Assembly (NCBI GenBank): GCA_024137785.1 | Contig: JAHRHZ010000024.1 | Span: forward strand, 33,216,644-33,280,643 | Direction of reading: 5' to 3' | DNA: 64,000 nt | Source: Ginglymostoma cirratum | Lineage: Eukaryota | Shown: piece after piece, positions 10,936-24,512 of the stretch | Numbering within the stretch: the stretch's first letter is position 1 | How the letters are laid out: every line of letters starts with the position of its first letter | The notes under the pieces: generated by a model | What the model was told of the DNA's origin: nothing | Databases searched by the model: none | What the model saw: the letters and a program-made list of their open reading frames with translations, nothing else | Made by a program: the position numbers and the translations under genes

Positions 10936-13477
10936 TCAGTTTCAACGTCACCCAGGTTTTGGAGCATGTGTGGACCAGGGTATGGGGAAGAATGACCCAA
11001 AAAAAGTACGGGATAAGTTCAAGGGGAAGGCCGACACAAAAACACTATAATTGGCTCCTAGAGTAATTAAATGCATTTCTGTACAAATAATAGCTGAAAG
11101 GGTATACAGCAAGAAAACAAATAAATTGGGTTAATTCAGCTTGTTGGCAAATGGCATTTTTCTCCTGATGAAGCAGCTTTTCTAAGTAGTTAAACATATA
11201 AGTCAGTTACACATAGGTATTGTAGTGTATTTCAAATATAGCAGATGGTTCTTACATGAAGTTCTAAAAGAATTAACAGTAGCCTCTTTTACAAAAAAAA
11301 GTAAAAGCTCTCTCATGTGCATTGTCATTGGTCATGACCCAATTCACATCGCATTTAACTCCCTGCGTTTTTAATCGGACTCTGGTTTGTATATTCAAAG
11401 AGGTATGGTACTACTTGCATTTTAAAGGAAGCAGCAGTAAAAGCAATCTCCTATAATGGGAGATAAAGTAGATGATCTGTTTGTCTCCCGCAATACTTTC
11501 CTGCATACGCTTCTGACCCATTAATATCTCAGAAATGTTTCCTGCATTGATAGCTCACGTTTCCATCCACATTTCCGCTCCTGTGATACTTGGAAGCCTA
11601 TCAGTTCATGACTACTGAGTTGCACATTAGGAAGTAATCAGAGCAATCCAGAGACGCCTACTGCAGCTGGGTTAGATCCAGCAGTCAACATGGAAAGTCA
11701 ACCCAACAACTGTGAAAATAATTTGATTTATTCACGCACAGAAGGCAAACACCAATAATTACACACTCCAAGATACTTTTTGAGAGCTTAAATTGCATGA
11801 TCCCCGTATTAGTTTACTAAAAAAAAGTCCATTCTCCAATCATGATGAATTTTGTGCTGACAATTTTAGTGTGCTTATGCTCTTGTTATGAAAAGATTTC
11901 TTGATTAGTTATGCAGCTTTAGAAAACCTAATCAAACTGAAAATTAAATGATGAGGAGATTTCAGCACACCTCTTAATTCTTCCCTTAGGAAAAAAATTT
12001 GACAACACAGCATTCAAACAATCTGCTATCAAATGTTCACAGATATGACCATATTTTGCATATCATTTATTCATGAAGGATGGTGGACATGAGTGGTTGA
12101 AAGGTTTTCTATGTATTAATCAACCTCGTCGGTTGCAACAATGCTAAACAAACTTACAGGACATTCTAGAGCATATAAAAGACTTATATTACTAAACTTA
12201 AATGAATGATTTAATTGAGATGGACAATGACTGTCCAACTGCAAGTGATATACAAATGCTAGCTTAGCAGCTATTCATCCACAGCACCACCAAATGCTCA
12301 TTCTACTTTAACAATAGAACAAAAGCCACTCCCCTGTTGTGAAACTAAAGGGTGAGCTCGTATCCACCTGGCCAGCTCATCATGGTGGCGACAGATCACT
12401 GGCTCAAGGTGAACCCCACCAGGGAACACGTCCCACCGAAACAGACTGCTGGGCCGAACAAATAGACTGGGCAGTAGTACCCACTGCTGGAACACAAGGT
12501 CAGATTTCAAGGTGTCACCAGGAGTTTGGGGTGAGGTGTTATTTAATAGGATAGGTGTGCACAGGACAGTGAAAGTGGAAAGACAATTGGGGAGGATGAG
12601 AGTGTGAGTGAAGATTACCTCAAGGTGGTGTCCTTCATTCGACACAAAGGTTTGGAATGAAAACAATGTTGTGCCTTGCCTGGCCATCAACCCACCCCAT
12701 ATCAGGTTGGACAGCTGGCACCTATGAATGCACAATTAACAGCAGAATGAGACACTGAAGTCACTATGAACTGGTCACTTATCTCCCCAATACCACACAA
12801 TCAGGTGGTCTTCCCAATTCCTCCTCTAAAACTGGCTAAATTGCTGCTGGGGTAGTGGTGCGCAAGCAGGCTTAGGTAACAATATTCTTATCATTGCCAC
12901 TAGATTTTGGCCCCCACCCCTCTCATCTGACATCCCGCCACTCCACAGTCTTTGCAATTCATCTCTCATGTCCTAATTTTGATAGTGGCAAGTGCTCTTC
13001 AAGGCGAGAGAGTTGACTAAAAGCAATCAACAATTTTAATTGGGTCCTCAGTTGGATGGGTTCTGACATCAAACTTGCAAGCTACTAGTGCTGGAGATGA
13101 GATCCCCTTCACAATGCTTTCCATGACAACATGCCAGGGCAGGAGTCTTGATTGCTAATGCTGACATCTTATAATTGACTAGGTAACACTGTCTATGCCA
13201 GCACAGTCTGGATAGTCCAACTGACTTGAAAACCTGAAGTGTCACATCCTCCATCACAAGAATTCAGGACCACCACAGGCTTTCAGAAAAAGTCAACGAC
13301 CCACTATACATGGAAGGCATAATCACAGGTGGGCCTTGGTGACAATTCTATTTTCAGGAGTATTATAAAATTAGATGCTCTTTACTATATTTCTGGATTT
13401 CTATACCACTGTTGCTGTCATAGTGGCATACAAGTCTCAGTACAGCAAAGGCATAAATATTAATCCGCCTCAAGATG

Positions 13478-13562
13478 GACTTTATTTCTCATTCTTCGAT
13501 GGGATGTAAGCATCACCAGCAAGGCCAGCATTTATTGCCCATCGCTAGTTACCCTTGATCTG
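13478..13562 (-). mobile_element. SINE/LINE shared 3' tail fragment
   Basis: tgggatgtaagcatcaccagcaaggccagcatttattgcccatc is the reverse complement of the tail of 3585-3937 and 55120-55465. Confidence 0.7.
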
Positions 13563-13674
13563 AATGACTTGCTCAAATGTGATGGATGACTTGGGGGCTG
13601 CAAAGTATTCAGCTTGCATCATGGCAAAACAGTTCAAATGCCAATTAGGGTTCTCTCCTTCCAAAGCACAACTG

Positions 13675-13940
13675 CTTTCTTTATCAAATGAACAAATTAG
13701 CCAAGGAATTTATCAACCCTAGGGTAGTTGCTGACTGGAACTTGCTGAGCAGTTTGGTGGAGGTGGCAAAAACATAAAATTAATTTAAAAGGAACCTGAT
13801 CTGCGCATAAAATGCAATCTTACTGACAACATGCTTGAAGGTGGGTTTAGAATAGGTAGCTCATTCTTCTCCGGTCAATACAAATGTGATTGGGTTGAAT
13901 GGCTTCCAACTGTACCATAACTGTTCCTTGGTTCTAACTG
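13675..13940 (+). mobile_element. Old CR1 LINE 3' end
   Basis: agggtagttg..tggaacttgctg..gtggaggtggc..atttaaaaggaacctgat..gggttgaatggcttcc..tgtacc. Confidence 0.6.
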
Positions 13941-14286
13941 ATTAACTGAAGAACCACCCTTTCACAAGCACTGTAACAAGAAATAAAATAAAAATGACAT
14001 TTGATGCCTCAATCACATGTGGTACACTGCACTCCATTAAACACTGGAATTTTTACTATGCGTAATACAGTTTAGAAACAATTATAAACATGAACGAACT
14101 GGAGTTGAATTCCCCAAAACTCTTGCTGACTTAGCACTGAAATTCTTCCTGTCCAAAATGAAGAAACACAAGACTATTGCATAAGGAAATGGGCTAATGT
14201 TGGAGACTGCAATAAGGTCCACCCAATCTGATAATGTCAACTGGCTTGGCTGAGCATAAAACAAAACCTCTTAGGATCCTGTGGAG

Positions 14287-14402
14287 GGCTTTTGTTCCAC
14301 AGCAGTAGCATTCCTACCTACAAAACAGAAGACCTCGGTTCAAATCCCATCTGCTTCAGATATGGATCATGACACTTCAAACAGGTTGGTTAAAAATCAT
14401 TG
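14287..14402 (+). mobile_element. Short tRNA-derived SINE, copy 2
   Basis: ggttcaaatccca B box, caggttggttaaaaat end; TSD aggatcctgtggag (14273-14286) / aggatcccatggag (14403-14416). Confidence 0.8.
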
Positions 14403-17400
14403 AGGATCCCATGGAGTGCAGATCCATATCCAGAAATCTCTTTTTTTATTACTAGTGATAATGCTCAAGTGGCTGATGGAACTTGTACCTGAATGCCAAC
14501 GAATATATTGCTTCTAGTTAAGCCAAAAGCCTCTTCATATTTAGACTTATTCGTGGTTGTACCTCTATCACTACAAACCTATTGAGTCCTCAGGCCCAGT
14601 CAGGGAAGGGGAATGGTGGCAGCATGCTTCAATCCACAAGTACGACTGACACAAGTGGATACATAAAGCCACTTTGATTTATTTTGGATTTATCTTAAAA
14701 CAACATGAATATTTTCAAAATCTATCAGAAATTTATTCTTAAAAACAACACGAGTAAATATCTCTAAATTAGACAAAATTAGACAGAGCCTCAAAATGGG
14801 CATTGGCAAACTGTTAAAGAGTAAAATTCTGAATCAGTTGACTAATGACAGGGCATGTTTCATTTTATTATTGTAATTAGCTGAGCAATTAAATTAATTA
14901 TTTGATTGGTACTGATGCCGTTGCTCATGCTTAAATGTGTAACCATTAATTCTTTAACATTCCTCCTCTGGCACATTCACAACAACTGAGGGCATGAAAG
15001 CATATTGAACACTCCTTCTCACAAAGAGATAGGTACTTAGATTAAATACTACCACCTTTTCAATGAATATCGTGCACAAAAATTCCAAAAATAAAAATGC
15101 TTTGAATCAATTTAATTCAATTTAAGTCAATTCATAGTGAAGCAACATAACATATTTCAGCATGCTAGCTCACACCTTGAGTCAGACAATCATGCATTAC
15201 AGTTCAGGAAATAAAGGAACAATAACATAGCAAAAATATTTCCATCTTTCCTGAAAATCATTATTTCAGGATAAAACTGCACAGATCTCGCTATAAGATA
15301 TTTATCATATGTTATTTCATCCTCAGCCACAGAGGAGATTACAATAGTGCAGAGCAGTAAGAGAAGAGTTTTGTGCAGAAGGGGAATGTATTCAGTCTTG
15401 CTGATGAAGACCGTACTGTGGCTGTTGATCCTCTTCTTCAGTGTATTCCTTTGAGAGCGGTTGCTTCTCTTTCCACTAGTGCAACGTCTTCTTTGTTATA
15501 GCGAAACAGAATGACAAATAGACTGATTTTGTACTTCAAAATCATGATTTTGCAAAAACAAAACCATGCAGTGGAATAGTCTGTTCTTTTCCAGTTTGGG
15601 GAGTATTGCTACATCTCACTTGTGACTGAGTTATCAACCACAAGTAGAATTATTTTGATCATATAGCTAAGTCATAAAAAAGTGACAACTGAAAATGCCT
15701 GAGGAAAAAAGAAAACACAGATACACTATTACAGGAGCAAAATAATATAACTAGATTTGCAGCTGGGGTTTTTGGGCATCATTTAATGAACAGCACATCC
15801 AGAAATATTTCAGTAAATTGGAAATTACAGTCTTAACTCCCAGTGCTACTATCAAAAAAGTTCTCACAATCAAAAAATTGACAATGAGAAACGTGAACAT
15901 TGCTGAGAGATGACGAGAAGTTGAAGCTTTTTGTCCTGCGCTCATCAGAACTACGACATGGAAAACAGACTTTAACCAAGAGAAGATATTTGAAGCAGCA
16001 TGCAAAAGAGTCTTGATGAGTTGGGCAATCACTGGCTTGGAGATGCAGCAATGTTATGTAGGCAAGAGGGTTGTGTATGTACATTGCAACTTGTTCAACA
16101 AAGTAGTCATGGAGAAGCCATATTCCCATGGCAACACCCTGATCAATCAGAATCTACATGCCTGGCTTGAGCATTAAGACTGACATTTAACTGCTCTTGC
16201 TGCACCTCCCAGCCAAACGATGGCCCAACTAATGAGCAGCCTCTTCAAATGCTGTATATAATGATGTAGCCTTTTACAAGTGTGTTTCTTGATTCTTGGT
16301 CCCAATGAATGAAAAATAAGAAGCTTCAATGCCCAACCTTTGACACCTTTTAGCAATGTTGAAGTTTTCTTCTATCAAACATTTAAAGTGAGAAATAAAT
16401 GTACTGCAGTGAAATTGTAAATTATCAGTCGGCCTGCCACTGACATAGCATGTGCAAAGAGACTCCAATAACATGAACCTGCTTCATCCTATTGACTAAG
16501 CTGGTTGAAAACAAGGTAATATATTTTATCTAAGTAACATATTTGACTGCTAAATTGCATGAAAACACAGGCTTTAGACTGTAGAAAGAAACATTTCCAG
16601 TTTTCATAAAAGATCAAACAAAGTTACTTTCTAGAACTTATTTAAACTTTCCTCACTTCACTGCAATGCTTATTACTTATTGCTAATGAGAACTGAGCTC
16701 CTTGTTGAACGTCTAATACATGGCAGGTATTCTCCAAATCACCATTAGCTTTCTCAGCAGCAGACTCCCACCCAGTCCTGCACTCTCAGGTCAACGAACT
16801 ATCCTATTAAGCTGAATATGATGACTGACCCCATGTAATTCGAACTGACTTTGAACCGAGACACTTGGAAGTCATGATGCAACGTGAAATTGATAAGTCT
16901 ACAGTTTTGGAATTGTTCGGAGTCTTTCTACTTTGCTGCTTGGACAGTTCTGGTACAAATATAATGCTAAATGTGAATCACTTCGAGAGCTATCAATCAC
17001 CATCCTGTCTAATGTTTCAGGTGACTTCATAGGTCTTCATCTACTTATATTCATGTTATTATCAATATTTGATGATCCCCAATCAAAAAATGGTGCAACA
17101 GAGGCACCAATCACGTCATTTAAATAAAAAGTGGTCACAAGTGTCTGACACATTTAAACACAGTTGTGACAATAAGATGCTTGATGAGTATTTGCCATGC
17201 ACCAAGAGCAGCTTTCAACATAAATTCAAAAACAGTCAATCTTGCATGACATTATTTTTTGACAGCTATCACATTCAACATAAATAAATACCCAAACAAA
17301 AAGGATTACATATTTAGAAAATTGGACAATTCAACCAACTGGAGGGTTCTAACGAAAACAATGACGGTGGTCAAACAGGACAGGGAAAATTCTTTAATAA

Positions 17401-17404
17401 AGAG

Positions 17405-17570
17405 AAGGGCCTTGTGTTCAGTTGACAAGAGAGCCAACATGTGATTGAGAATAAAGCCAAGAATGTAGGATTCAATCCCCATTCTGGCTGTGGTAGACTT
17501 GCAGGCCCACTTCCTATCTCTGCCTTGAAGGAGTAGTAGATATATACCATGGTTTGGCGACTGTTGAATA
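17405..17570 (+). mobile_element. Degenerate tRNA-derived SINE (family also at 33388 and 57620)
   Basis: ttcagttg..gccaagaatgtaggattcaatccccattctggctgtggtagac. Confidence 0.5.
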
Positions 17571-17949
17571 ATTGAGTGTGCTACTTGGAGAAAATGATGT
17601 CAAGTACAGACTGGGAAGGTCATTTAGCCCATCATTGCTCATCAATTTAGAAAAATCACTCAGGTATTTCTAACATTTCTTGGAAGATTTCAGAGATTTT
17701 TGGAAACCCAAAATTGAAAATCTGCTCTACATGCAGCATCCGACTGCCTTTCTGCCTTTAAGCAAGATAATTGGTGCAAAAATGTAACAGTAGCACTCTC
17801 CAGAACACCAGACTGATGAATTATCAATTCAATAACATTTGTGCTACGATTGTGCTAATGCTGGATTAATTATGCTGCAGTACTTTAGGAAGTAACTGAT
17901 GAAATCAGTCACATTTGCACAAATAACAGATCCTTAGAGCAATGGAGCT

Positions 17950-18542
17950 AGCACGACAGTTTCACACAGCAGTTAGTAAAACATATGCAGCCCTTAGGTT
18001 TTATACTTAGAGGCATCGAGTAAAAAAGGCAAGATATTAAGCCAAACTGGTCTAATGAAAACTGGTTCAGCCCCAGCAGGAACATTAGGCACCACATTTC
18101 AAGGATACCAAAGAGATGGAGATGTGCAGAGGAGATCTACCAAAATGTACAATTACACTGAAACACAGGAGGAGATGGGCTTAGTCTCCCGAGAGCAAAG
18201 AAAGCTGAGGAGATGTATAAGCATTTAAAATCATGAAGGCTTCAGTTAAAGTAAATAAAGAGAAATTATTTCCAAAGGCTAAACAATCAATAATCTGAGA
18301 ACACAAACTTACAGTGATTGGAAGATCTGGAACAAATACACAACGTGAGGAAAGATGTTTTTATACAGCATGGCATGAGGGTGTAAAACACAGTGCCCTC
18401 AATTTCAAGTGTAAAATTAACAGAGAATTAGATAAATGCTGATGGAGAAAATATTACAAGGATGAGGAAACAGCATCGTCAACTTTGATTACTCTTCCGA
18501 AGAACCAGTGCAGACCCTCTGGGCTGAATGACATCCTTTTTG
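17950..18542 (+). mobile_element. CR1/HER1-type LINE 3' fragment
   Basis: actggttcagccccagcagg..caccacatttc..gtgcagaggagatctaccaaaatg..gcatttaaaatcatgaagg..gggctgaatgacatcct. Confidence 0.8.
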
Positions 18543-18547
18543 AAGGA

Positions 18548-19235
18548 CTTTTTAAAAATTAATTTACAAGATGTGAGTAATGCTGGTTGGGCCAGCATTT
18601 ATTGGTCATCCCCAGTTATCCTTGAGATGGTGACGGGGAATCGTGTTCTTGAACCACTGGAGTCCACGTGCTATAGGGAGACCCTCAATGCCATAAGGGA
18701 GGGAGTTCCAGGATCTTGACCCAGTGACACTGAAGAAACAGTAATATATTTCCCAGTCAAGATAGTGAGTGGTTTGGAGGGGATCTTGCAGATAGTAATC
18801 CGTGTCTGTTATCAATGTGCCTGCTGCCCTTGTCCTTTTAGATGCAAGTAGCTGTAGGTTTGAAAGTCGATCTCTAAGAAGCCTTGATGAATTTCTGCAG
18901 TACGTCTTGTAGATGATACACAATGCTGCTTAGTGTCAGTGGGGAAGAGAATGCATGTTTGTGGATGTGGGCCAAATAGATGACTTTGTCCTGGGTGGTG
19001 TCAAGCTTCTCAAGTGTTGTTGAAGTTGCGTTGATCCAGGCAAGTGGAGATAATTCCATCACATTCCTGACTTGGGCCCTGTTGATGGTGGACAGGCACT
19101 AGGGAGTTAAGAAGATAGTCACTCACTGCAATATTCCGAGCCTCTGACCTGCTCTTGTAGCCACTGTATCTATTTATCTAGTCCAGTTCAATTTCTAGGC
19201 AATGGTAACTCCCAGGATGTTGATTATACAAATTC
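18548..19235 (-). mobile_element. CR1-clade LINE (3410-type family) 3' fragment
   Basis: Reverse complement matches 5440-5890 and 32480-33010; ORF 18874..19062 MMELSPLAWINATSTTLEKLDTTQDK. Confidence 0.85.
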
Positions 19236-20576
19236 AAAAAATCTTTCTTGAAGGACCTTAAGAAGAACCTTATGAAAAAGAGGGGGGGTGAGGAGGGAGA
19301 AAAGGAGAAGGAAACATGTAAAGGAAGGAAGAGTGATAGGAATGATATTTTCTAGAACGACAGGGGAAGGAAAATATCACACCACACTGGTGTCAAATGT
19401 CATAAACAGTATGTATTGGGGATAAGGAACTTGACTTACTGTCACATCATCTCAAAAATGGCAGGGATGGTCCAAAATTTTCCATCCAATCGGCTGGTGT
19501 GAGCAATGCCCGTTATCATCAGATCATACTTGGAACATTCTGGCCACTGCCTTGTCTTCTAAAGCCCTTTTCCAGCAATATGCATCTGAAACATTGCAGC
19601 TCACTCTGCAAGAGACAGTCCCTGAAGCAACACTAGTGCACCTAGGTGAAGGATGTTCCAGCTATATCACAATGAGCGATCAAATGATTTCTTTTTGGTA
19701 CTCAAACAGTGGGCTATCTACTGCACTGACGTCAATGGATTATAAAACTGGACTGGAACAGCAAACCAGAAATCCATTGACAACTGGAATCTATACAAAC
19801 CTATCAGTTTATATTATAATAATATTACTCCAATGAGTTAATATTGTGCACAAAGTGACTACAATTGGTTGCTGAAATATTTCCTGTTCAAAATTGAGCA
19901 ATTTCCTACAGAGGTACACTCAAGTCAACAATGCATCCTGCTGGTAGATCAACTACAGTGAATGACTTCTGCCTAAGAAAGTGTTACAAGAACTGAAGTT
20001 CTCTGCACTGGTTTAATTTGGACTCGCTCCCAATGGAGCCCTGTTAATGCCAAATCCGCCCAATCAATTTAATTCTGTTATTCCACAGTCATTGCTGCTC
20101 TGCTGTTTAGTAGGAAGCACTGTTGCCTTTGGCAACGTTCAGTTCAATTATTAAACCCACAGCATCAGGGTAAGCTGAAAAATGGTAACATTCTTCCTTC
20201 TTCCTGAACAGACATTCCGACACTTAGCAGGCATTTTTTTACAAGCAATGGAAACAACCTTTTCTTATTGCTGTTAGCACATGATACATCCTTGACCTAG
20301 AGCAAACAGGACACTCAATCACTTTCAGCCAATTTGAAAGAAATGGTATCAGCAAAAGTAAGCAAGGCATCACATCAAATTAAATAAGACAGAACTATCA
20401 GCCACAATACTGTGCACAGATGTGAATCTCTACGCATTTGCTCATGCGTAAGCAGACATACGTGTACCATTAAGACTGTATTTTTTTTGCTGTGTAAAAT
20501 AATGGACTGAAATGGGGAAAGAACTGTTTTAAAACCAGTGTTCTAAAAGATTGCTGCATGTTTCATAAAGCAAGTA

Positions 20577-21078
20577 ATGTGACACTTAGGGCAAGCATCG
20601 TGCAACCGGCTGTAAATTATGTGTTGAAAACAAACTGGAGCCTCGGGGGTTCTGTGAACAAACACAGCTGGGTGCCAACTAGAAGTCAATTGGTCTATGG
20701 ACTAGTGGCCAGTTGTGATCATAAAAGCCTTTTGCCTGCCAACAGTCATGTGACTGATTTTCATGCAACTGAACAGCTCGGGGCAGGGAAAAAGATTTAA
20801 GTATTTTGATGTCCACCAGCCCAGGAGCTGTCTCTTTGTTCTTTGCCATCAAAACCTATTTTAGATCTGAAGAAAACCAGTTTATCTTTTCTTCAGCATT
20901 TGTTATAATCTGTGACTTTTAACTGATATGTCAGTGACCTTTTGTAAACGAACCAGCCACCATGTGTATCTTGAAAACAAGCAGAAGCATCTGGAGAAAG
21001 TAAAACAAATTTTTGACCAGTATAAGAATCATACAAATCATCTCAGCAACTCGATGAGGAACGAATGAACTCCAACCA
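20577..21078. mobile_element. Possible LTR-like fragment
   Basis: Begins tgtgac and has LTR-like composition, but no partner CA end or TSD was identified. Confidence 0.25.
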
Positions 21079-21084
21079 TTTTTT

Positions 21085-21154
21085 TGTGTGTGTGTGTACA
21101 TGTCATGTGTCTAAGAGACACTGACAGAGTGAGAGCATGAGAGAGAGTGAGAAC

Positions 21155-21186
<32 letters not shown>

Positions 21187-21445
21187 GTGAGACAGAGTGA
21201 GACCGAGACAGAGAGAGTGAGATTGAGACAGAGAGAGTGAGATTGAGACAGAGAGAGTGAGATTGAGACAGGGTGAGAGAGACTGAGAGTGAGACAGAGT
21301 GAGAGTGAGAGAGTGAGACTGAGACAGTGAGACAGTAAGAAGGTTGAGACAGAGTTAGAAGAGTGAGACAGTGAGAGAGAGAGTGAGAAGAGTGAGACAG
21401 AGAGAGAGAGTGCGAGACAGAAAGAGTGACAGAGTGAGAGACAGC
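21085..21445 (+). repeat. (GT)n/(GA)n compound microsatellite with internal 20-bp tandem unit
   Basis: gagattgagacagagagagt repeated about 3 times around 21219-21275 within a GA-rich tract. Confidence 0.95.
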
Positions 21446-22009
21446 ATATTTTATAGCCACCTACCTGTCACTGGAGATGAACTCTTTGCAATAAACAGTC
21501 AGTCATTCTTGTTTAGTATAGAATCCTGGACCATACTAAGTGGCAATGAAGACCTGACTGACATTTCAGGAAATGAGGCTGAAGACAGACCTTGAGCATA
21601 CATGAGGAACAGAGCTGGACCGCACAATTCAAACAAGTGGCAGTAGATGAACTGTGTAATTGGGGAAGAAGCAGGCAGCCGTACATTTGAGGGAAGGAAT
21701 AGATGGACTACAACTGAGGAAGTAAGCAAGGAACCGAGTGTGCTCCCGATGAAGTGTGGAAGTCAATCAGAATAACTTTGAAAAATGTTCTGGCTTCGTT
21801 CCAATAATTTTTAAGACAGTGAATCATTGGATACCAGACATCTAGGGGCTGACAGGCATGCTGTTCGATTCCAATTACATCCAGACCCATGAAGCAGAGA
21901 TACATTAGACTGGATTTGTCAATGCACCATGTAACTACGAAGGACTGCAGAAATATTTCTGGGAATTTTATTGATCTGGCATCCTTCCATCCCTGACAGC
22001 TAAGGGACA

Positions 22010-22475
22010 AGGAGCCAACAATCCAACATTGGTTGAAGAGGTTAATCCTCAACTACAAGTGCCACACATGAAGCTAGTGCGTTATTGCAGATTCCCCTTT
22101 GCAGTGTTGGCGCATGTGCCAAGTAACTACAGACACAGCACCTTGCTGGCTCGTGTGCTTGAAGCGGACCTTGTGCAAGTTTTTGGTTGTCTGGCTTCAT
22201 ATACCTTCCCATTCAGAAAATCCTTGGTTGTGACTATCTTCCAGACTGTAGTCAGGCCAGCGCCTCTTTCTGTAAGTACAAACTCATTTGGGAGCCCTAG
22301 CTTTGAGAGGACTGCCACACTCATGATAGTGATATAGTCAGCATGTCCCATAGAAATCAAAGATGAAAACAGTTGAGCTTTTGTTGGTCGCTGTAGGTCA
22401 ACCATGTTTCATGGGTATATAGCAAGGTGCTGACAACACAGATCTTTGTCATCTTGGTCCAAGACTCAACCTAAT
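22010..22475 (-). mobile_element. RTE-clade LINE 3' fragment
   Basis: Frameshifted minus translation: TKICVVSTLLYTHETWLTY..LNCFHL..VAVLSK.GLP..KDFL.G..TSFMCGTC..RINLFNQ, resembling the RTE pattern ACVVSTLLYGSETW..LNSFHL..C..C.R...SRIGLFSH. Confidence 0.75.
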
Positions 22476-22495
22476 GTTATTCTGTCCAGGGTTTG

Positions 22496-23862
22496 TGTCA
22501 GAATGAGCAAAAATCCCCATATTCTGAAATCCTGGACCAAAATCCAGGACTTTCCAAATAACTTTTAGAAGTTAAAAAAGAAAGCAGCTGGGCTACGCTC
22601 CAGGAAAATTACACAGCCAGTTAGCTACTTGGAACCATTGTTCAACCCGAAAATCCAATACACACATCCACTCTAAAAGAACAACCAACCAGACATAAAC
22701 CCCACCCAACTCAGTTAGAATATGGCCTCTGCAGATACCAGACATTCAGCTTCCATCAATATTCATGCACAGAGCTACGGACAATCCACTTAATCAAAAT
22801 ACATTTACAACTATTCTTAACTATCAGGAAGCCAGCTGCCTCAAAAGGGAACAGCAGTAACACAACGGGAAGTGCAGATTTGGCACTGAGACCCGCAATT
22901 AGTATAACTGTAGGGCCCAGCCTCACCTGGAAGAGCTACCTCGCCAAGAGCTATCTGCACAGCTACCTCCAAGACAGCGATTTTCCACGGGAACTATCCC
23001 TGCAGCTACCCCAAGGAGAGGGTTCCAAAAGAGCTACTACCCCGACAGCCATCCCCATGGCCATGTCCAGAAGACGATTCCCAGATAGCTACTGTCAGTG
23101 AGAACTATCATCACAGCTATCCCCCAAAACCTACCAACACAGGCCTGTTCCGTACCAGGGGAACCAAAGCAACCGACCCAACCAGCAGACCTGATAATCA
23201 AGGACCTCCGAAAACCACTGACCCAATTGACAAGGCCTCAGACACATCCTGAGGCGAAAACCGGCTCGCAAAATCACTACAAAGTAAGAGAAACAAAGTA
23301 CTCAACTGGATAAATCCAAAACATGTCCTACCACATCAGCGGACTGAAAGCCTACACCGTCTGAAGTCTCCACTGAAGCACCGGCTACAGCAAACGGGAG
23401 TGGCCAGCTATATTTTAAGATCAGGTATAATCCCCAGTGGTGAGTTTATATTCTCGAGACCCCAAATTATCCAACCTAGCTAACATAGAGGGGGAGGTGG
23501 GTGGTGACAGTGCAGGAAACCCCCAACGGTATGAAACCTGATAAAAGTTTCTGGTGATTAAAACCCTGTTGTTTAGCTTCTAATAGTATTTAACCCATGT
23601 TTAATTTAATAGTGTATTTAAGTGCTCTCCTTTATATAAGTGATAGTGTCAATTTCAGTGTTTTGCATTTGCCTTTTATTTCTTGTAATATACTTTTTTT
23701 TGTATTTAATAAATGCAAGAGATTCTTTTGCCCCCGAAACACCTGTTTACTGCCTTCATTTCACATTCCTAAATAAGTCCGCTGTCAGAACCAGGGATCT
23801 GAGGGTGATTCGACCCACTTAAAAACCAGCAGTTTTCCTGATCGTAAACCAAAACCTTTACA
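22496..23862 (+). mobile_element. Solo LTR (1367 bp) of a Gypsy/ERV-type element
   Basis: Begins TGTCAG, ends TTTACA; 4-bp TSD tttg at 22492-22495 and 23863-23866; TATA-like agtataa ~22901; AATAAA at 23708-23713; more CpG than the flanks. Confidence 0.75.
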
Positions 23863-24367
23863 TTTGAGAGTCAATCAAAGGTGGCAGTTCCTTTCCCTGC
23901 GCATTTGTCAAGTTCTGCATCAAAGGACAGAACATTTATCAATATTAACCAAGGAAGCAGAACTTCTTCCTCACTTCTGGTGTGTACAATACAGTGTGAG
24001 CAAGAGTGGAAACACAACAACTTCTTACAAGGCCACGATTTATTTGACACTTACAGTCAGAGAAAACAGAGATAAGCACAATGTCAAGGACAGAACACAA
24101 GGTTTATTTATCTTTACTTTCAGCCTGAATAGATTATAGAAGTTGCCATTTGACCTAGTGTGCCAGGAGACTCCTCGAAGTCTGCAAGGAAGGTGAAGAT
24201 CAGAAACATGGAGAAGATTACGCCAAACTGAGTGAAAGCTAGGACCCAGCCCTATTTCATGCTATTCTTCAATCTGAAACTGCTGGAACTGACATCATTA
24301 AACTGTGTAGTGATGAGTCTGTTTTCCTGCAAGGAGTGGATGGGATAGAATTGTTTGATATCCCATT

Positions 24368-24512
24368 TCCTTTATTCATTCACGGGATGAGGGCATCACT
24401 GGCCAAGCAGCATTTATTGCCCAAAGGGCAGGTGAGAATCAACCACATTGCTGTGGGTCTGGAGTCACATGTAGGCCAGACCAGGTAAGGATGGCAGTTT
24501 CCTTCCCTAAAG
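24368..24512 (-). mobile_element. 3' half of 3585-type SINE
   Basis: ttattcattcacgggatgagggcatcactggcc..gggtctggagtcacatgtaggccagaccaggtaaggatggcagtttccttccctaaa. Confidence 0.85.

Noticed and set aside
15395-15530. CTGATGA ... CGAAAC / CTGA as hammerhead or C/D snoRNA
   Set aside because: No stem II closing onto GAAA and no convincing terminal stem or guide; the motifs are ~100 nt apart.
21038-21595. 140-aa SLSH-rich ORF and RE-rich ORF
   Set aside because: Translations of a GA/TC microsatellite.
22930-23125. Spaced short repeats as a CRISPR-like array
   Set aside because: Vertebrate DNA, 6-7 bp degenerate motifs with irregular spacing, inside an LTR; no cas genes.
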